Below are positions 9,367 through 18,902 of a stretch of 64,000 nt of DNA, one piece after another. Each line of letters starts with the position of its first letter. Within the stretch, counting starts at the first letter, position 1. A program made the position numbers and the translations under genes. The notes under the pieces were generated by a model that was not told the DNA's origin, did not search any database, and was given only the letters and a program-made list of their open reading frames with translations. Source of the stretch: a virus (Duplodnaviria; Caudoviricetes); the IMG/VR virus record IMGVR_UViG_3300032301_000632, positions 1 to 64,000 of that record; one strand, written 5' to 3'.

Positions 9367-10179
9367 ATGAGAATACGTGGAAACGTGTGTCCAGGACAAT
9401 GCGGTCTTGGGGACAAGGGGTTAAGCACCCTAAAATCTAAAACGGTATACAAAAAAGGGTCTGATATCACTACTTTTTACACTTCAGCAGAGATGTTGCA
9501 GTCTAGTATATCTAAACTCCTGGTATACAATAGTCTGGTATCTAAACTTACTAAAATCCCTTTTGCTGAAAAAGCACTAGCAAAGTATGACATTTATGCT
9601 GTTAAAGGTAACGACTTAATAGTCTTCTTGGATTGGTTAGAGGAAGCTCTACATTCTTTTCAGTCTTTCTTTTATCTACAAGGTGATACTAATAATCACG
9701 GCTTTCCCCCTGAGATGTATACATACATTCAAAAAGAATGCAAAAAACTTCAACCTATTTATGGTGAATCAAAAGACTTTCAAAGATTTTCAGGTAATAC
9801 TCTTCTATCCCTATTGAATACTATTAGAATTGATGTTAGACGTTTAGAGTCGGCTTATGTAGCTTGGCTTTATTCGTCAGAGATTCTAATGCTCTATGGA
9901 GATGTCTGCTCTAATAGTGAGTCTAAAGGCATAGATAGTATCCTAAATGGAAGCTTTGTTATTGAGGAACATGAAGAGTCTTCTTATCTTCTACAGCTTC
10001 TTTCTAATGAAAAAGCTGAGATAGAAAGAATTAGAAAAGTTAGAAATTCTTTGGCTTATCACCAAAAAACACTTAATCGATTATCTTCATACATATGGAA
10101 TGTAATGCAATATCAACGTGAAACTATCTCATCTGAAGCAAAAATCTGGTGTGGTAAAACACCAACATTTCCACTTTAA
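9367..10179 (+). CDS. Hypothetical protein
   Basis: 270-aa ORF followed by a strong hairpin. Confidence 0.7.
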   Translation: MRIRGNVCPGQCGLGDKGLSTLKSKTVYKKGSDITTFYTSAEMLQSSISKLLVYNSLVSKLTKIPFAEKALAKYDIYAVKGNDLIVFLDWLEEALHSFQSFFYLQGDTNNHGFPPEMYTYIQKECKKLQPIYGESKDFQRFSGNTLLSLLNTIRIDVRRLESAYVAWLYSSEILMLYGDVCSNSESKGIDSILNGSFVIEEHEESSYLLQLLSNEKAEIERIRKVRNSLAYHQKTLNRLSSYIWNVMQYQRETISSEAKIWCGKTPTFPL

Positions 10180-10183
10180 AATC

Positions 10184-10220
10184 ATAATCCTCAATCGACG
10201 GCATTGATTGAGGATTATTT
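10184..10220 (+). terminator. 15-bp stem hairpin, probable intrinsic terminator
   Basis: ATAATCCTCAATCGA-CGGCA-TTGATTGAGGATTAT, 5 nt after the stop codon. Confidence 0.75.
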
Positions 10221-10342
10221 ATGAGAATAGTAAATCTTTTAAATAGATGAGGGAAGTAATACTCCTTTATCTATTTTATCATTTCTAAATTCTAACTGTA
10301 TACAAATAGCCAGATAATGTAAATTTTTTACAAAGGTAACAT

Positions 10343-11305
10343 ATGCCTAGTAGACTAGTAAACGAATTAACTTTCCACGATGCTTTATTGGAAGTTAAAT
10401 TAAGTAAAGTTTTTCAAGACTTTAAAAAGCATTACTATAGTACTATTGATTCTTTAACACTCTCTACAGGGTTTTTATATAACCCCAATAAAACAAATTT
10501 TGAATTAAACGAACAAGAAAGAATATTAGAAGCGCAAATTTCTCGTGTATTTAATAGTATACTAAATTTAGAATTTCAGCTATCTGATACTGGAATTAGA
10601 ACTCTAGATATAAATATGTACTCGGCTACTGATATTACAGTAACTCCGCACTATATAGAGTTTAAATTATTAGACCCTAAAGGTGACTCATACGCTATAT
10701 ACATTGACGATGAGAATGTAATACAGATTAAAGGAGTATCGTATAATATAGACCTAAACATTAGAGTTAATATAGTACCCCGGAATAGTCCTGATGTAAA
10801 TGAATTCTATATTAATCCATTTAGAAGTAGAAGTTTTTCTTTTGCTAAGAATAATAATGGTGAACCAATTATACTTCCACAAACAAACAGAATATACTGT
10901 TTAAGAGATTGGATTCCACGACAAGCTGAGAATGCGATAAAAAAGGAAGATTTTACTTTTATTAATCAAAACTATACTGGTTCTCCTTTACTAATTCCAG
11001 AAACTCCAGGTAATGTAGAGAAGTTAATAGCAGCTACATATAAAGCTGGATTTAAATCTACTGTCAAAAATATGGTCATTGAATATCATATTAGTGGTAG
11101 TCAGTGTAAAATGATAGAGACATTAAAAATTGCACGGAATGCACGCTCTTTATCTCAATCTATTGATAGAGGAACATATGAGAAGATATACAAGGCTTAT
11201 CCTATATACACAGAGTACCCTTTAACTATTAGTGTTCTAATCAATAAAAATCATATAACCAATCATGCAAGAGAAATGGCGATTGCTTGCAAATATGTAG
11301 ACTAA
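10343..11305 (+). CDS. Hypothetical protein
   Basis: 320-aa ORF with no recognised motif. Confidence 0.7.
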   Translation: MPSRLVNELTFHDALLEVKLSKVFQDFKKHYYSTIDSLTLSTGFLYNPNKTNFELNEQERILEAQISRVFNSILNLEFQLSDTGIRTLDINMYSATDITVTPHYIEFKLLDPKGDSYAIYIDDENVIQIKGVSYNIDLNIRVNIVPRNSPDVNEFYINPFRSRSFSFAKNNNGEPIILPQTNRIYCLRDWIPRQAENAIKKEDFTFINQNYTGSPLLIPETPGNVEKLIAATYKAGFKSTVKNMVIEYHISGSQCKMIETLKIARNARSLSQSIDRGTYEKIYKAYPIYTEYPLTISVLINKNHITNHAREMAIACKYVD

Positions 11306-11365
11306 TAGATAGCTTTATACAATTAATTGCTATGGTATACATTATTCTATATTTTGAATTGAGCA

Positions 11366-11650
11366 ATGAGAAATAAAAATCTTTTATTTGTCGAGCGTGA
11401 ATATCAAAAACATAAAAAGTCTAGAGATGAAAAGTACCAAGAGACACAATACGTATTAGACAAACTTAAAAGTCAAGTAGAGATACTGTTGTTTACAGTG
11501 CAAAATACTAAATCTTTAGAGCAAGATAGTCAAGAGTATATTTTAGATGAGTTGGAGGCTATACTTCTAAAGTCTAGAGAGATTGGTGAGACTGTAAGAC
11601 AAGAAATAAAAAGACGGTTTAGTGAGAGTGTATACAAAAATAAAGTATAG
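11366..11650 (+). CDS. Small coiled-coil-like hypothetical protein
   Basis: 94-aa charged helical ORF. Confidence 0.6.
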   Translation: MRNKNLLFVEREYQKHKKSRDEKYQETQYVLDKLKSQVEILLFTVQNTKSLEQDSQEYILDELEAILLKSREIGETVRQEIKRRFSESVYKNKV

Positions 11651-11717
11651 CGCTAATGGCAATTAGAACTATCTTCAGCTAATATAAAGAAATGTTTGAC
11701 CTCAACAACAAAGATAA

Positions 11718-14700
11718 ATGGAACAGAACGAATTTTTAAAAGAAGCACCAACAGCTTATCCAGTTTTTTATAGAGCTTACTCCAGACAAAACGACACAAC
11801 CAGAAAAAAAGAAAGCTTAGAAGAAGTAAAACTTAGAACACTTGCAGGGATAGAGAAGTTAGGTAAATTAGATTCAGAAGAACTAAATATTCTCAGAACT
11901 AATTTTGATAACTTTTTTGCTTTACCATCTGGACGAGCATTATGGTGTTTAGGTACCGAGTGGGCAGAGAACCCAAATAATTTCTATGGTTTGTATAACT
12001 GTCATAGCTCTGTAGTAAAAGACATTGAATCATTTAGACAGCTAATGATTTTAAATGCTTGTGGCTGTGGTACAGGTGCTGTATTGGAAGAAAAGAATGT
12101 TAGCCTTCTCCCACCTATTCTTTATACTTTAAGTGTTGAAGTTGTTGGTAGTTACGGTGCTATCAAAGATATGCCTGATACTTCTATTGAACTAGTAGAG
12201 TCAGAATATCATAAGTGTAAAACAATTGTTGTTTGGGTAGGTGATAGTAAAGAAGGCTGGGCTGATGCGTATACAATACTATTTGAGCTGGCTATGGGTA
12301 AGCATGAATATTGCGACCCCACTGAAGAGGTTATTAATGTCGAAGTTAATATATCTAGAGTCCGAGCTGGTGGTGAGCCTTTAGTTGGTTTTGGTGGAGT
12401 AGCTAATCCTAGATTGCTAGACCAGATGTTCTATAAAGTAGCTAACCTCTTAAACAAGGCTAATAGTAGACAATTAACTGCTATAGAGTGTTGTATGTTA
12501 ATTGACTATGAAGCTGAAGCTATTGTAGCTGGTAATATCAGACGCTGTTTAATAGGTAACTCTTTAGTTCGTACAGTACTTAATGGTCAAACTGTTTGGA
12601 AACGAGTGGATGAGATTACTACTGGTGAGTTGATTACAGTACCTGATGACGAAAATGTGTATACAGTTACAGCTAAATTCTACTCAGGCTTCCAATCAAT
12701 ATGGGAAATAATTTCCATAGAAGGACAAACAATACGCTGCTCAAAAAATCACCGTATCTTTGTGATTGAACGAAGCATGCTTACAGATAGCCCTCAACGA
12801 AAAGACTTTAAATGTATCGCTGCTTGGGAGATAGACCCTAGTGTCCATTTATTATTGTCACCTAATGGCGATTATACATCTTGGAGAGCTGTACCCATTA
12901 AGCTAATTAGTAAAGACCTTAGTCGTGAGAAAACTTGGGACATTGAAGTAGATGGGCTACATATGTTTATCTGCAACAATATTCTAGTACATAACTCCGC
13001 TTCTATGAGACAATTCGATGATGATGAACCACCTCATAAGTTAGGTCTCTATAAACAAGTAGAAAATGAAGATGGGACAACTAGTTGGGTAGTTGATAAA
13101 GATAAAGAATGCTTACGTATGTCTAACCACACAAACGTATTCCATCATAAGCCTAGCTTAAAAGAATGTGTAGATGCTGTTAGACTGCAATATCAAACAG
13201 GTGAAGGTGCTATACAATGGGCAGGTGAAGCGGTAGCTAGAGCTAATGTGGATATTATAAACACTGAAGCTTTAAGAATTGAGTTTCTAAATCTTTACTC
13301 AGACCCCGCTGCTAGACGAAATACTCTCTCTATCGCTCATACTAATAAATATAAAACTCTAATTCCAGTAGAAGAGTTAGAACATCGAGAAAGTCGCTAT
13401 GGGCTTAATCCCTGCTTTGCTGCTGGTACAATGGTGGCTACTAAACAAGGACACTTCCCAATTGAAGAACTTGTTGGTAAAACAGTTGATGTATGGGATG
13501 GAGAACAATGGGTTTCTGTTGATAACTTTAGAGTAACTGGTGAGAACCAAGATGTGTATACTGTGACTTTACAGTCTGGTATACAAGTAACAGCTACTGA
13601 GTATCATAAGTTTATCCTAGAAGATGGGTCTACTGTAGAGTTAAAAGATTTACAAGTGGGCGACCGCTTAGCTACTTCTTTTCCACCGGAAGATGACTTA
13701 AAACCATATACAAATATTTCTGTAACTGAAGATTATTCTGCTATTACAGATATCACTTTTAGCCATACTGCTGATAAAGTATACTGCTGTACTGTACCAA
13801 CTAATCATTCATTTACTTTGAGTAGTAATATATACTCACGTAATTGCGGTGAAATTTTAGGTAGAGACTTTCAATGCAACCTTTCAGAAGTACATGCTAA
13901 CATGCTAGACCCTAATAATATAGAGCAACAGAAAAGTGCTATTGAGGCTGGGGCATTATGGGTAGCGTCGTTATTACAGCATGAATTTCCATTTCCACGT
14001 TGGCAGAAGTCTAGAGATTATGACCCCATTGTTGCTGTTGGAGTAACTGGGATATTTGATTTCTTTGTTAATAAGTTTGGACGACCTTGGTTAGAATGGT
14101 GGTTAAACGACCGTAGTCCTGACTTTCCTCAAGCTAAAGAATTCAAAGCATTTGAGGTGTATACATTACAGACTTGGAGAGAGCAAGCTAAGAAGACTAT
14201 TACAGATTATTGTGCTAAACATAATCTAAAAGTACCAAACAGATACACTTGCGTTAAGCCTAGTGGTACACAGTCTTTATTAACTAATGCTAGTCCAGGT
14301 TGGCATCCACCAAAAGCCACTCGATTTATAAGACGAGTAGGATTTGCTGCTTATCATCCAGTAGCACTTGCATGTTTAGATTATGGCTATAGTTGTATAC
14401 CAAATGTTAACTGTACTGATGATGAAGGGAGATTGCTGGATGATATCTACGACCCTAGAAGCACAGAATGGTTAGTAGAAATACCTGTAGAAATGCCCTG
14501 GGCATCTGTTGCTGAAGGTATAGACCCTAATCAATTCTCTGTGAAAGCACAATTTGATTTCTTCATGACAGTACAAAATAACTGGACTACTCATCAAACA
14601 AGTAGTACTATTGAATTACGAGAACATGAAGTAGAAACATTGGGGACTCTAATATATGAAGCAATTCAGTTCGATCAGGGTTACGTATCAACTGCTATTC

Positions 14701-14906
14701 TTGGCAGATTTGATAGCAATGCTACTTTCCCTCGCTTACCTTATGAGCCAATTGAGTTAGATGTATACAATCAACTTTTAGCAGAAGTAGAAACCCGCCG
14801 TAAAGCTAATTCTTTTAAAGAAGCTTTAGACAAGTATACAGTTGATTCACAGTCGGTAGATTATGGGCCTAATGCCTGTGATGGTGAAAAGTGTGAACTT
14901 CGCTAA
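11718..14906 (+). CDS. nrdJ: Class II (adenosylcobalamin-dependent, monomeric-type) ribonucleotide reductase interrupted by two inteins
   Basis: PSGRALW, YNC, GCGTG, GNIRR|SA, NP|CGEI, CNLSE, KPSGTQSLL, C-terminal CDGEKC redox pair. Confidence 0.92.
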   Translation: MEQNEFLKEAPTAYPVFYRAYSRQNDTTRKKESLEEVKLRTLAGIEKLGKLDSEELNILRTNFDNFFALPSGRALWCLGTEWAENPNNFYGLYNCHSSVVKDIESFRQLMILNACGCGTGAVLEEKNVSLLPPILYTLSVEVVGSYGAIKDMPDTSIELVESEYHKCKTIVVWVGDSKEGWADAYTILFELAMGKHEYCDPTEEVINVEVNISRVRAGGEPLVGFGGVANPRLLDQMFYKVANLLNKANSRQLTAIECCMLIDYEAEAIVAGNIRRCLIGNSLVRTVLNGQTVWKRVDEITTGELITVPDDENVYTVTAKFYSGFQSIWEIISIEGQTIRCSKNHRIFVIERSMLTDSPQRKDFKCIAAWEIDPSVHLLLSPNGDYTSWRAVPIKLISKDLSREKTWDIEVDGLHMFICNNILVHNSASMRQFDDDEPPHKLGLYKQVENEDGTTSWVVDKDKECLRMSNHTNVFHHKPSLKECVDAVRLQYQTGEGAIQWAGEAVARANVDIINTEALRIEFLNLYSDPAARRNTLSIAHTNKYKTLIPVEELEHRESRYGLNPCFAAGTMVATKQGHFPIEELVGKTVDVWDGEQWVSVDNFRVTGENQDVYTVTLQSGIQVTATEYHKFILEDGSTVELKDLQVGDRLATSFPPEDDLKPYTNISVTEDYSAITDITFSHTADKVYCCTVPTNHSFTLSSNIYSRNCGEILGRDFQCNLSEVHANMLDPNNIEQQKSAIEAGALWVASLLQHEFPFPRWQKSRDYDPIVAVGVTGIFDFFVNKFGRPWLEWWLNDRSPDFPQAKEFKAFEVYTLQTWREQAKKTITDYCAKHNLKVPNRYTCVKPSGTQSLLTNASPGWHPPKATRFIRRVGFAAYHPVALACLDYGYSCIPNVNCTDDEGRLLDDIYDPRSTEWLVEIPVEMPWASVAEGIDPNQFSVKAQFDFFMTVQNNWTTHQTSSTIELREHEVETLGTLIYEAIQFDQGYVSTAILGRFDSNATFPRLPYEPIELDVYNQLLAEVETRRKANSFKEALDKYTVDSQSVDYGPNACDGEKCELR
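12546..12995 (+). mobile_element. Mini-intein 1 in NrdJ (150 aa)
   Basis: Starts CLIGNS after GNIRR, block B CSKNHRIF, block F TWDIEV...HMF, ends LVHN followed by Ser; removing it restores GNIRRSA. Confidence 0.92.
13413..13844 (+). mobile_element. Mini-intein 2 in NrdJ (144 aa) at the active-site NP|C position
   Basis: Starts CFAAGTMV after GLNP, block B TATEYHKF, block F VYCCTVPTNHSF, ends YSRN followed by Cys; removing it restores NPCGEI. Confidence 0.92.
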
Positions 14907-14930
14907 TTATTTAAATTAGCACTATATCCC

Positions 14931-14961
14931 GTGGGAATACTATAGTATTCCCACTTTTTTT
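14931..14961 (+). terminator. Rho-independent terminator after nrdJ
   Basis: GTGGGAATAC-TATA-GTATTCCCAC followed by T7. Confidence 0.85.
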
Positions 14962-14976
14962 ATCCAAACAAAAAAG

Positions 14977-15969
14977 ATGAACCAAAAACTAATAGAAACA
15001 ATGCAACGTCCTCTTTTACTTATAGATAGTGAAGGAGGTATTATTTCAGTATCAGAAAAAGTAGGTAAACAACTAGGGTCTTTTGTTGGGTACTTTATTT
15101 ACTATTTCCTTATACCTTTAATGACCGCTTTTATCTACACTATATATGTAACAATGCAACAAATTAAACAACTACGAAAATCTCATCTACTATCTATAGC
15201 AAAAGTATTTAATCTAAAAATTAGCAGTCTAGACACCAAAACTACAATCGAGCATAAACTTGTAGAACATTTAGACCAAAAAAAGAATGCATCTAAATAT
15301 GATGATTTAATGAATTTAAATCAAATAATAGAACGTAAGCAATCTGAGTTTACTGAAGGTGATAATCTAGCAGCAGTAAATGCTGAGCAAGAAGATGAGG
15401 CTATAATAGAACAGCAGTATTTAGCAAACATTAATAGCATTGACATATACAATAGCTCATACGGCGGTGACTTCTTTGGGTCTGATAGAGAACTAAAGGA
15501 TGTATACAGTAGATATTTAACAGATTGGCTTGAGTTAAATTCTGTTTTTAGCTTAGATGAATTAAAAGTTGCATATAGAAAAGCAGCGGGTAAACATCAC
15601 CCTGATAAATGGGGAGACTCTGAGTTATTCACATATATCACTGAATTTTATAAAGCTATTTTACATACGTGCTTTGAAAGAGAGAAAGCTAAAAGAGTAT
15701 CATCACTAGGTTTAGTACCAACTTATATTGTGTTATCAGAGATTAACCCTATACAAATTGAAATAAATAAAGTCCAAAATTTACTGACAAAAATAGCATC
15801 CGAGAAGTTTAATCAAAGTAAAAACAGAATTGAAGAAGAAGACAAAAAAAGAGAAGCTGAATTTGAGAAAAATCAGCAGGAAATTTTAGAAAGTTTAAAC
15901 GCAACAAAATTGGCTAGAGCTAAAAATCGTGAGATTTTAGAACAGCTAAACAAATTAAAAACTAAATAA
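14977..15969 (+). CDS. Membrane-anchored J-domain (DnaJ-like) protein
   Basis: ELKVAYRKAAGKHHPDKWG with intact HPD; hydrophobic segment at aa ~35-60; C-terminal coiled coil. Confidence 0.75.
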   Translation: MNQKLIETMQRPLLLIDSEGGIISVSEKVGKQLGSFVGYFIYYFLIPLMTAFIYTIYVTMQQIKQLRKSHLLSIAKVFNLKISSLDTKTTIEHKLVEHLDQKKNASKYDDLMNLNQIIERKQSEFTEGDNLAAVNAEQEDEAIIEQQYLANINSIDIYNSSYGGDFFGSDRELKDVYSRYLTDWLELNSVFSLDELKVAYRKAAGKHHPDKWGDSELFTYITEFYKAILHTCFEREKAKRVSSLGLVPTYIVLSEINPIQIEINKVQNLLTKIASEKFNQSKNRIEEEDKKREAEFEKNQQEILESLNATKLARAKNREILEQLNKLKTK

Positions 15970-16030
15970 TGTTGATAATTATATACAAATACTTAATCTA
16001 TAAACTTACGTCTACATAGGTAAAATTAGA

Positions 16031-16531
16031 ATGAACTCACAAAATATTATCGCTGACCCATGGTTTGACTTAGACAATAACTCTGACAACTACAACTTAG
16101 AATTAGTCGCTGACTATATAGCCCAAGAAGAGCAATTATTATCTGAAATAGAAGAGCTAAAACAAAAAGAGCTGTCGTACATTAAGAGAATAAAAATACA
16201 AGATGATAAACTCTCAAAAACCCATGTAGTTTGGGATTTATTTATTGGTGAGGAGAGTCACACCTCTCTTAAAGAAAGACTAAATAAAATAATTATACAC
16301 GTGATAAAAGTTAAGGTATCTAAATGTAAACGATGTGAGCTACTAAAAGAAATAGAATTAATTTGGAAAGCTCACCCTTTAGATAAACCTCTATACAATA
16401 ATGCCCAACAAAAACTAGTTGTTCTAAATATAATTAGTCAAATTCTACAAGACTTAAAACACCAGCAACTTGTATTTAATAAAGGTCAACGTTGGTCTTT
16501 AGGCTCTAGTTGTATACACGTTTATCATTAG
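16031..16531 (+). CDS. Hypothetical protein
   Basis: 166-aa ORF. Confidence 0.65.
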   Translation: MNSQNIIADPWFDLDNNSDNYNLELVADYIAQEEQLLSEIEELKQKELSYIKRIKIQDDKLSKTHVVWDLFIGEESHTSLKERLNKIIIHVIKVKVSKCKRCELLKEIELIWKAHPLDKPLYNNAQQKLVVLNIISQILQDLKHQQLVFNKGQRWSLGSSCIHVYH

Positions 16532-16559
16532 AAATATCATAAAAATGATATACTATTCT

Positions 16560-16586
16560 AGGTTTAACAATCGTTAGACCTTTTTT
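16560..16586 (+). terminator. Probable intrinsic terminator
   Basis: AGGTTTAAC-AATC-GTTAGACCT followed by a T run. Confidence 0.65.
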
Positions 16587-16615
16587 GTACCAATACAACT
16601 TTACCCATTTTTCTA

Positions 16616-17299
16616 ATGAACGAAATTAAAATTAAAGTAAAAGACGTTGAGTTTACGCCTAAGCGTGCACATTCTACTGATGCAGCATTTGACCTAAAAC
16701 TAAATATTGAACAGATTAGTGAGAACTCTAGTTTATTACTAACTAGAATTATTCAGTATATGAAACAATGGGGTATCGCTTATCCATATCAAAGCAGCTC
16801 AATGCCTAAAGTCTTTATAGACGCTTCTTATTCTTTTGAGCTAAATAATAAACATGCTCTATCTATATTAGAAGGGCTACATAAAGAAACATATATTGCA
16901 CTGCCTCCAGGTCAGTATATTAGTCAGCGATCGCATGAGCAGCTAACTGAAGGTTTAACTAATGTAGAATTAGTAGGAACAGGGGTCTATCTAGATTTAC
17001 CTGATGAATACTATGCTCTAGTATTACCTAGGAGTGGTTTAGGTGTTAAACATCAAATAACTTTAGCTAATACAGTTGGGTTGATTGACTCTAGCTATAA
17101 AGGGGAAATTAAGTTAGGGTTACAGAACTTAGGTAGAAGTATACAGATTTTTACCGAAAGTGGTAAATTAAAAGCTGCTCAATTATTAATCCAACAAAGT
17201 GTTAATGAACTACAAAGTATTTTAGCCTTAGACAACTTTACAGATTCATTGTCTGATAGTGAACGAGGAGAAAATGGATTTGGTTCTACTGGAGTTTAA
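16616..17299 (+). CDS. dut: Trimeric dUTPase with a large insertion
   Basis: Motifs AAFDL, PRSGLG, GLIDSSYKGEI, AAQLL, RGENGFGSTG. Confidence 0.93.
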   Translation: MNEIKIKVKDVEFTPKRAHSTDAAFDLKLNIEQISENSSLLLTRIIQYMKQWGIAYPYQSSSMPKVFIDASYSFELNNKHALSILEGLHKETYIALPPGQYISQRSHEQLTEGLTNVELVGTGVYLDLPDEYYALVLPRSGLGVKHQITLANTVGLIDSSYKGEIKLGLQNLGRSIQIFTESGKLKAAQLLIQQSVNELQSILALDNFTDSLSDSERGENGFGSTGV

Positions 17300-17359
17300 T
17301 TAGTTTTAATTAATGTCCAGTCTTTCAAAAGTAAATTATATACTGCACTTAGAAATTTT

Positions 17360-17830
17360 ATGAGAAGACCTAGAGACTACATGTATATCCCGTACCTAAT
17401 GATAAGCTTACTAATAATAGCTATTATCATTTATGATTTATTAGGTCAGAATAGAACAGAGCGAGGAAATTTTAAAGACTGGGCAGTAATAATTGCTATG
17501 GGAACTTGGTTACTCTCAGTTGTGTCTATTCCTTGGGATATTTTCGGTGATGCTTTAAAGATAAAAGCAGAACACAAAGCTAAACGTATACAATTGACAC
17601 TTAGACAAGAAAGAACATTAAAGACTATTTCTACCTGGTCTTTAGTCGTAGCTATTGGTTTACATTTTCTAACCGCCGTAGTATTCTATGTCTTGTATGT
17701 ATACGGTCTCGTACCAATAGGGGCAATCTTTGCCATGGCTGCTTTACTTACAATATTTGTCCGTCCTATGATAGAAATATACTGCTACATAAGCACTGTA
17801 CTTTCTAACATGCAGAAGACAAAAAAGTAA
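17360..17830 (+). CDS. Multi-pass membrane protein
   Basis: About four hydrophobic segments; VSIPWDIF, VAIGLHFLTA and RP..E.Y recall a cyanobacterial hypothetical membrane family (from memory). Confidence 0.7.
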   Translation: MRRPRDYMYIPYLMISLLIIAIIIYDLLGQNRTERGNFKDWAVIIAMGTWLLSVVSIPWDIFGDALKIKAEHKAKRIQLTLRQERTLKTISTWSLVVAIGLHFLTAVVFYVLYVYGLVPIGAIFAMAALLTIFVRPMIEIYCYISTVLSNMQKTKK

Positions 17831-17881
17831 ATATATTTTTCTGTTGAAGCTAAAGTTCCCAAACACAAACCAGGGTTTCTA

Positions 17882-18190
17882 ATGACAAAACAATCACAAG
17901 ATATGGCAGAATTTTCAATTTTCAGTATTGAGTTTTCGTACGAACAAGAAACAGATGATACGCTGATATTAAATACTACTGTAGATTTATCTGTTATTAC
18001 TCCAGAAGAACTAAAAAAATTAATAATTACTACTCCAGGATTACTCTCTGTTAAAATCAAAGATCGATACTCAGCTGTAGCAATTAAAGGGGGTCTATTT
18101 GATTGGAAACTAAATGGATTAATAAACAAACTAATCGATAAATTAACAGAGCTTTTAATAAATCAATATATAGACTCACAAAAGCCGTAA
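17882..18190 (+). CDS. Hypothetical protein
   Basis: 102-aa ORF co-oriented with neighbours; preferred over the antisense ORF 17785-18129. Confidence 0.55.
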   Translation: MTKQSQDMAEFSIFSIEFSYEQETDDTLILNTTVDLSVITPEELKKLIITTPGLLSVKIKDRYSAVAIKGGLFDWKLNGLINKLIDKLTELLINQYIDSQKP

Positions 18191-18256
18191 TTTAGCACGG
18201 AGCTTTAAACCATCTAGAAAAATTGTAGTAAAGACCAACCAACCATTTTCTATCAT

Positions 18257-18802
18257 ATGAACATATCAACTGAATTGTTTAATGCTGTTAACTTTCTAGC
18301 TAATACAGAAGGTACATGGGTATCACAGAGAAGATATTTTGATTTTAAGTCTAAAGTATTAAGAGATTTTCCAGATAATTTCTATGAAATTAAAACTGAT
18401 ATACAGATAGACAAAATGTATAAAGAAGAAAAAATATATCAAAAAATAGTTGATATTCATAAGCTTAATATTGACGATTGCTTATACGGAGTAATAATAT
18501 ACTGGGACAGTTATAATTTAACCACAAAGAAACAATCTACACAAGGTACTATGTCAATAGTCATTGATGACAAATATGTCTATAGAGATAGAGAATACAG
18601 TACTACCTCTCCTGTCATCTCATCATATACAAGCACTACGCCAACATGTATAACAATGATGACTGAATACAACGATACAAACTATACTGAGACAATAAAC
18701 TTATTCGGAGAGGTTAGAACACGCCAAACAGTAGCTAAGAAAGATAACGAAATAATTTTAATCGGTCAGTATGTAGAGCAAAGAGTAACTCCTTATATAT
18801 AA
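18257..18802 (+). CDS. CpcS/CpeS (S/U)-type phycobiliprotein lyase-like protein
   Basis: N-terminal F..NTEGTWVSQRRYF and C-terminal ETINLFGEVRTRQTV...IILIGQYVEQR match remembered S/U-type lyase termini; 181 aa, beta-rich. Confidence 0.65.
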   Translation: MNISTELFNAVNFLANTEGTWVSQRRYFDFKSKVLRDFPDNFYEIKTDIQIDKMYKEEKIYQKIVDIHKLNIDDCLYGVIIYWDSYNLTTKKQSTQGTMSIVIDDKYVYRDREYSTTSPVISSYTSTTPTCITMMTEYNDTNYTETINLFGEVRTRQTVAKKDNEIILIGQYVEQRVTPYI

Positions 18803-18902
18803 AAGAAATAAGTACGGTATACAAATAAAGATAGTAGCTATAGACACTACTATTTTATCTATACATATGTACGGTTATTGAAAATAAAATTAAGGACAAA
18901 CA

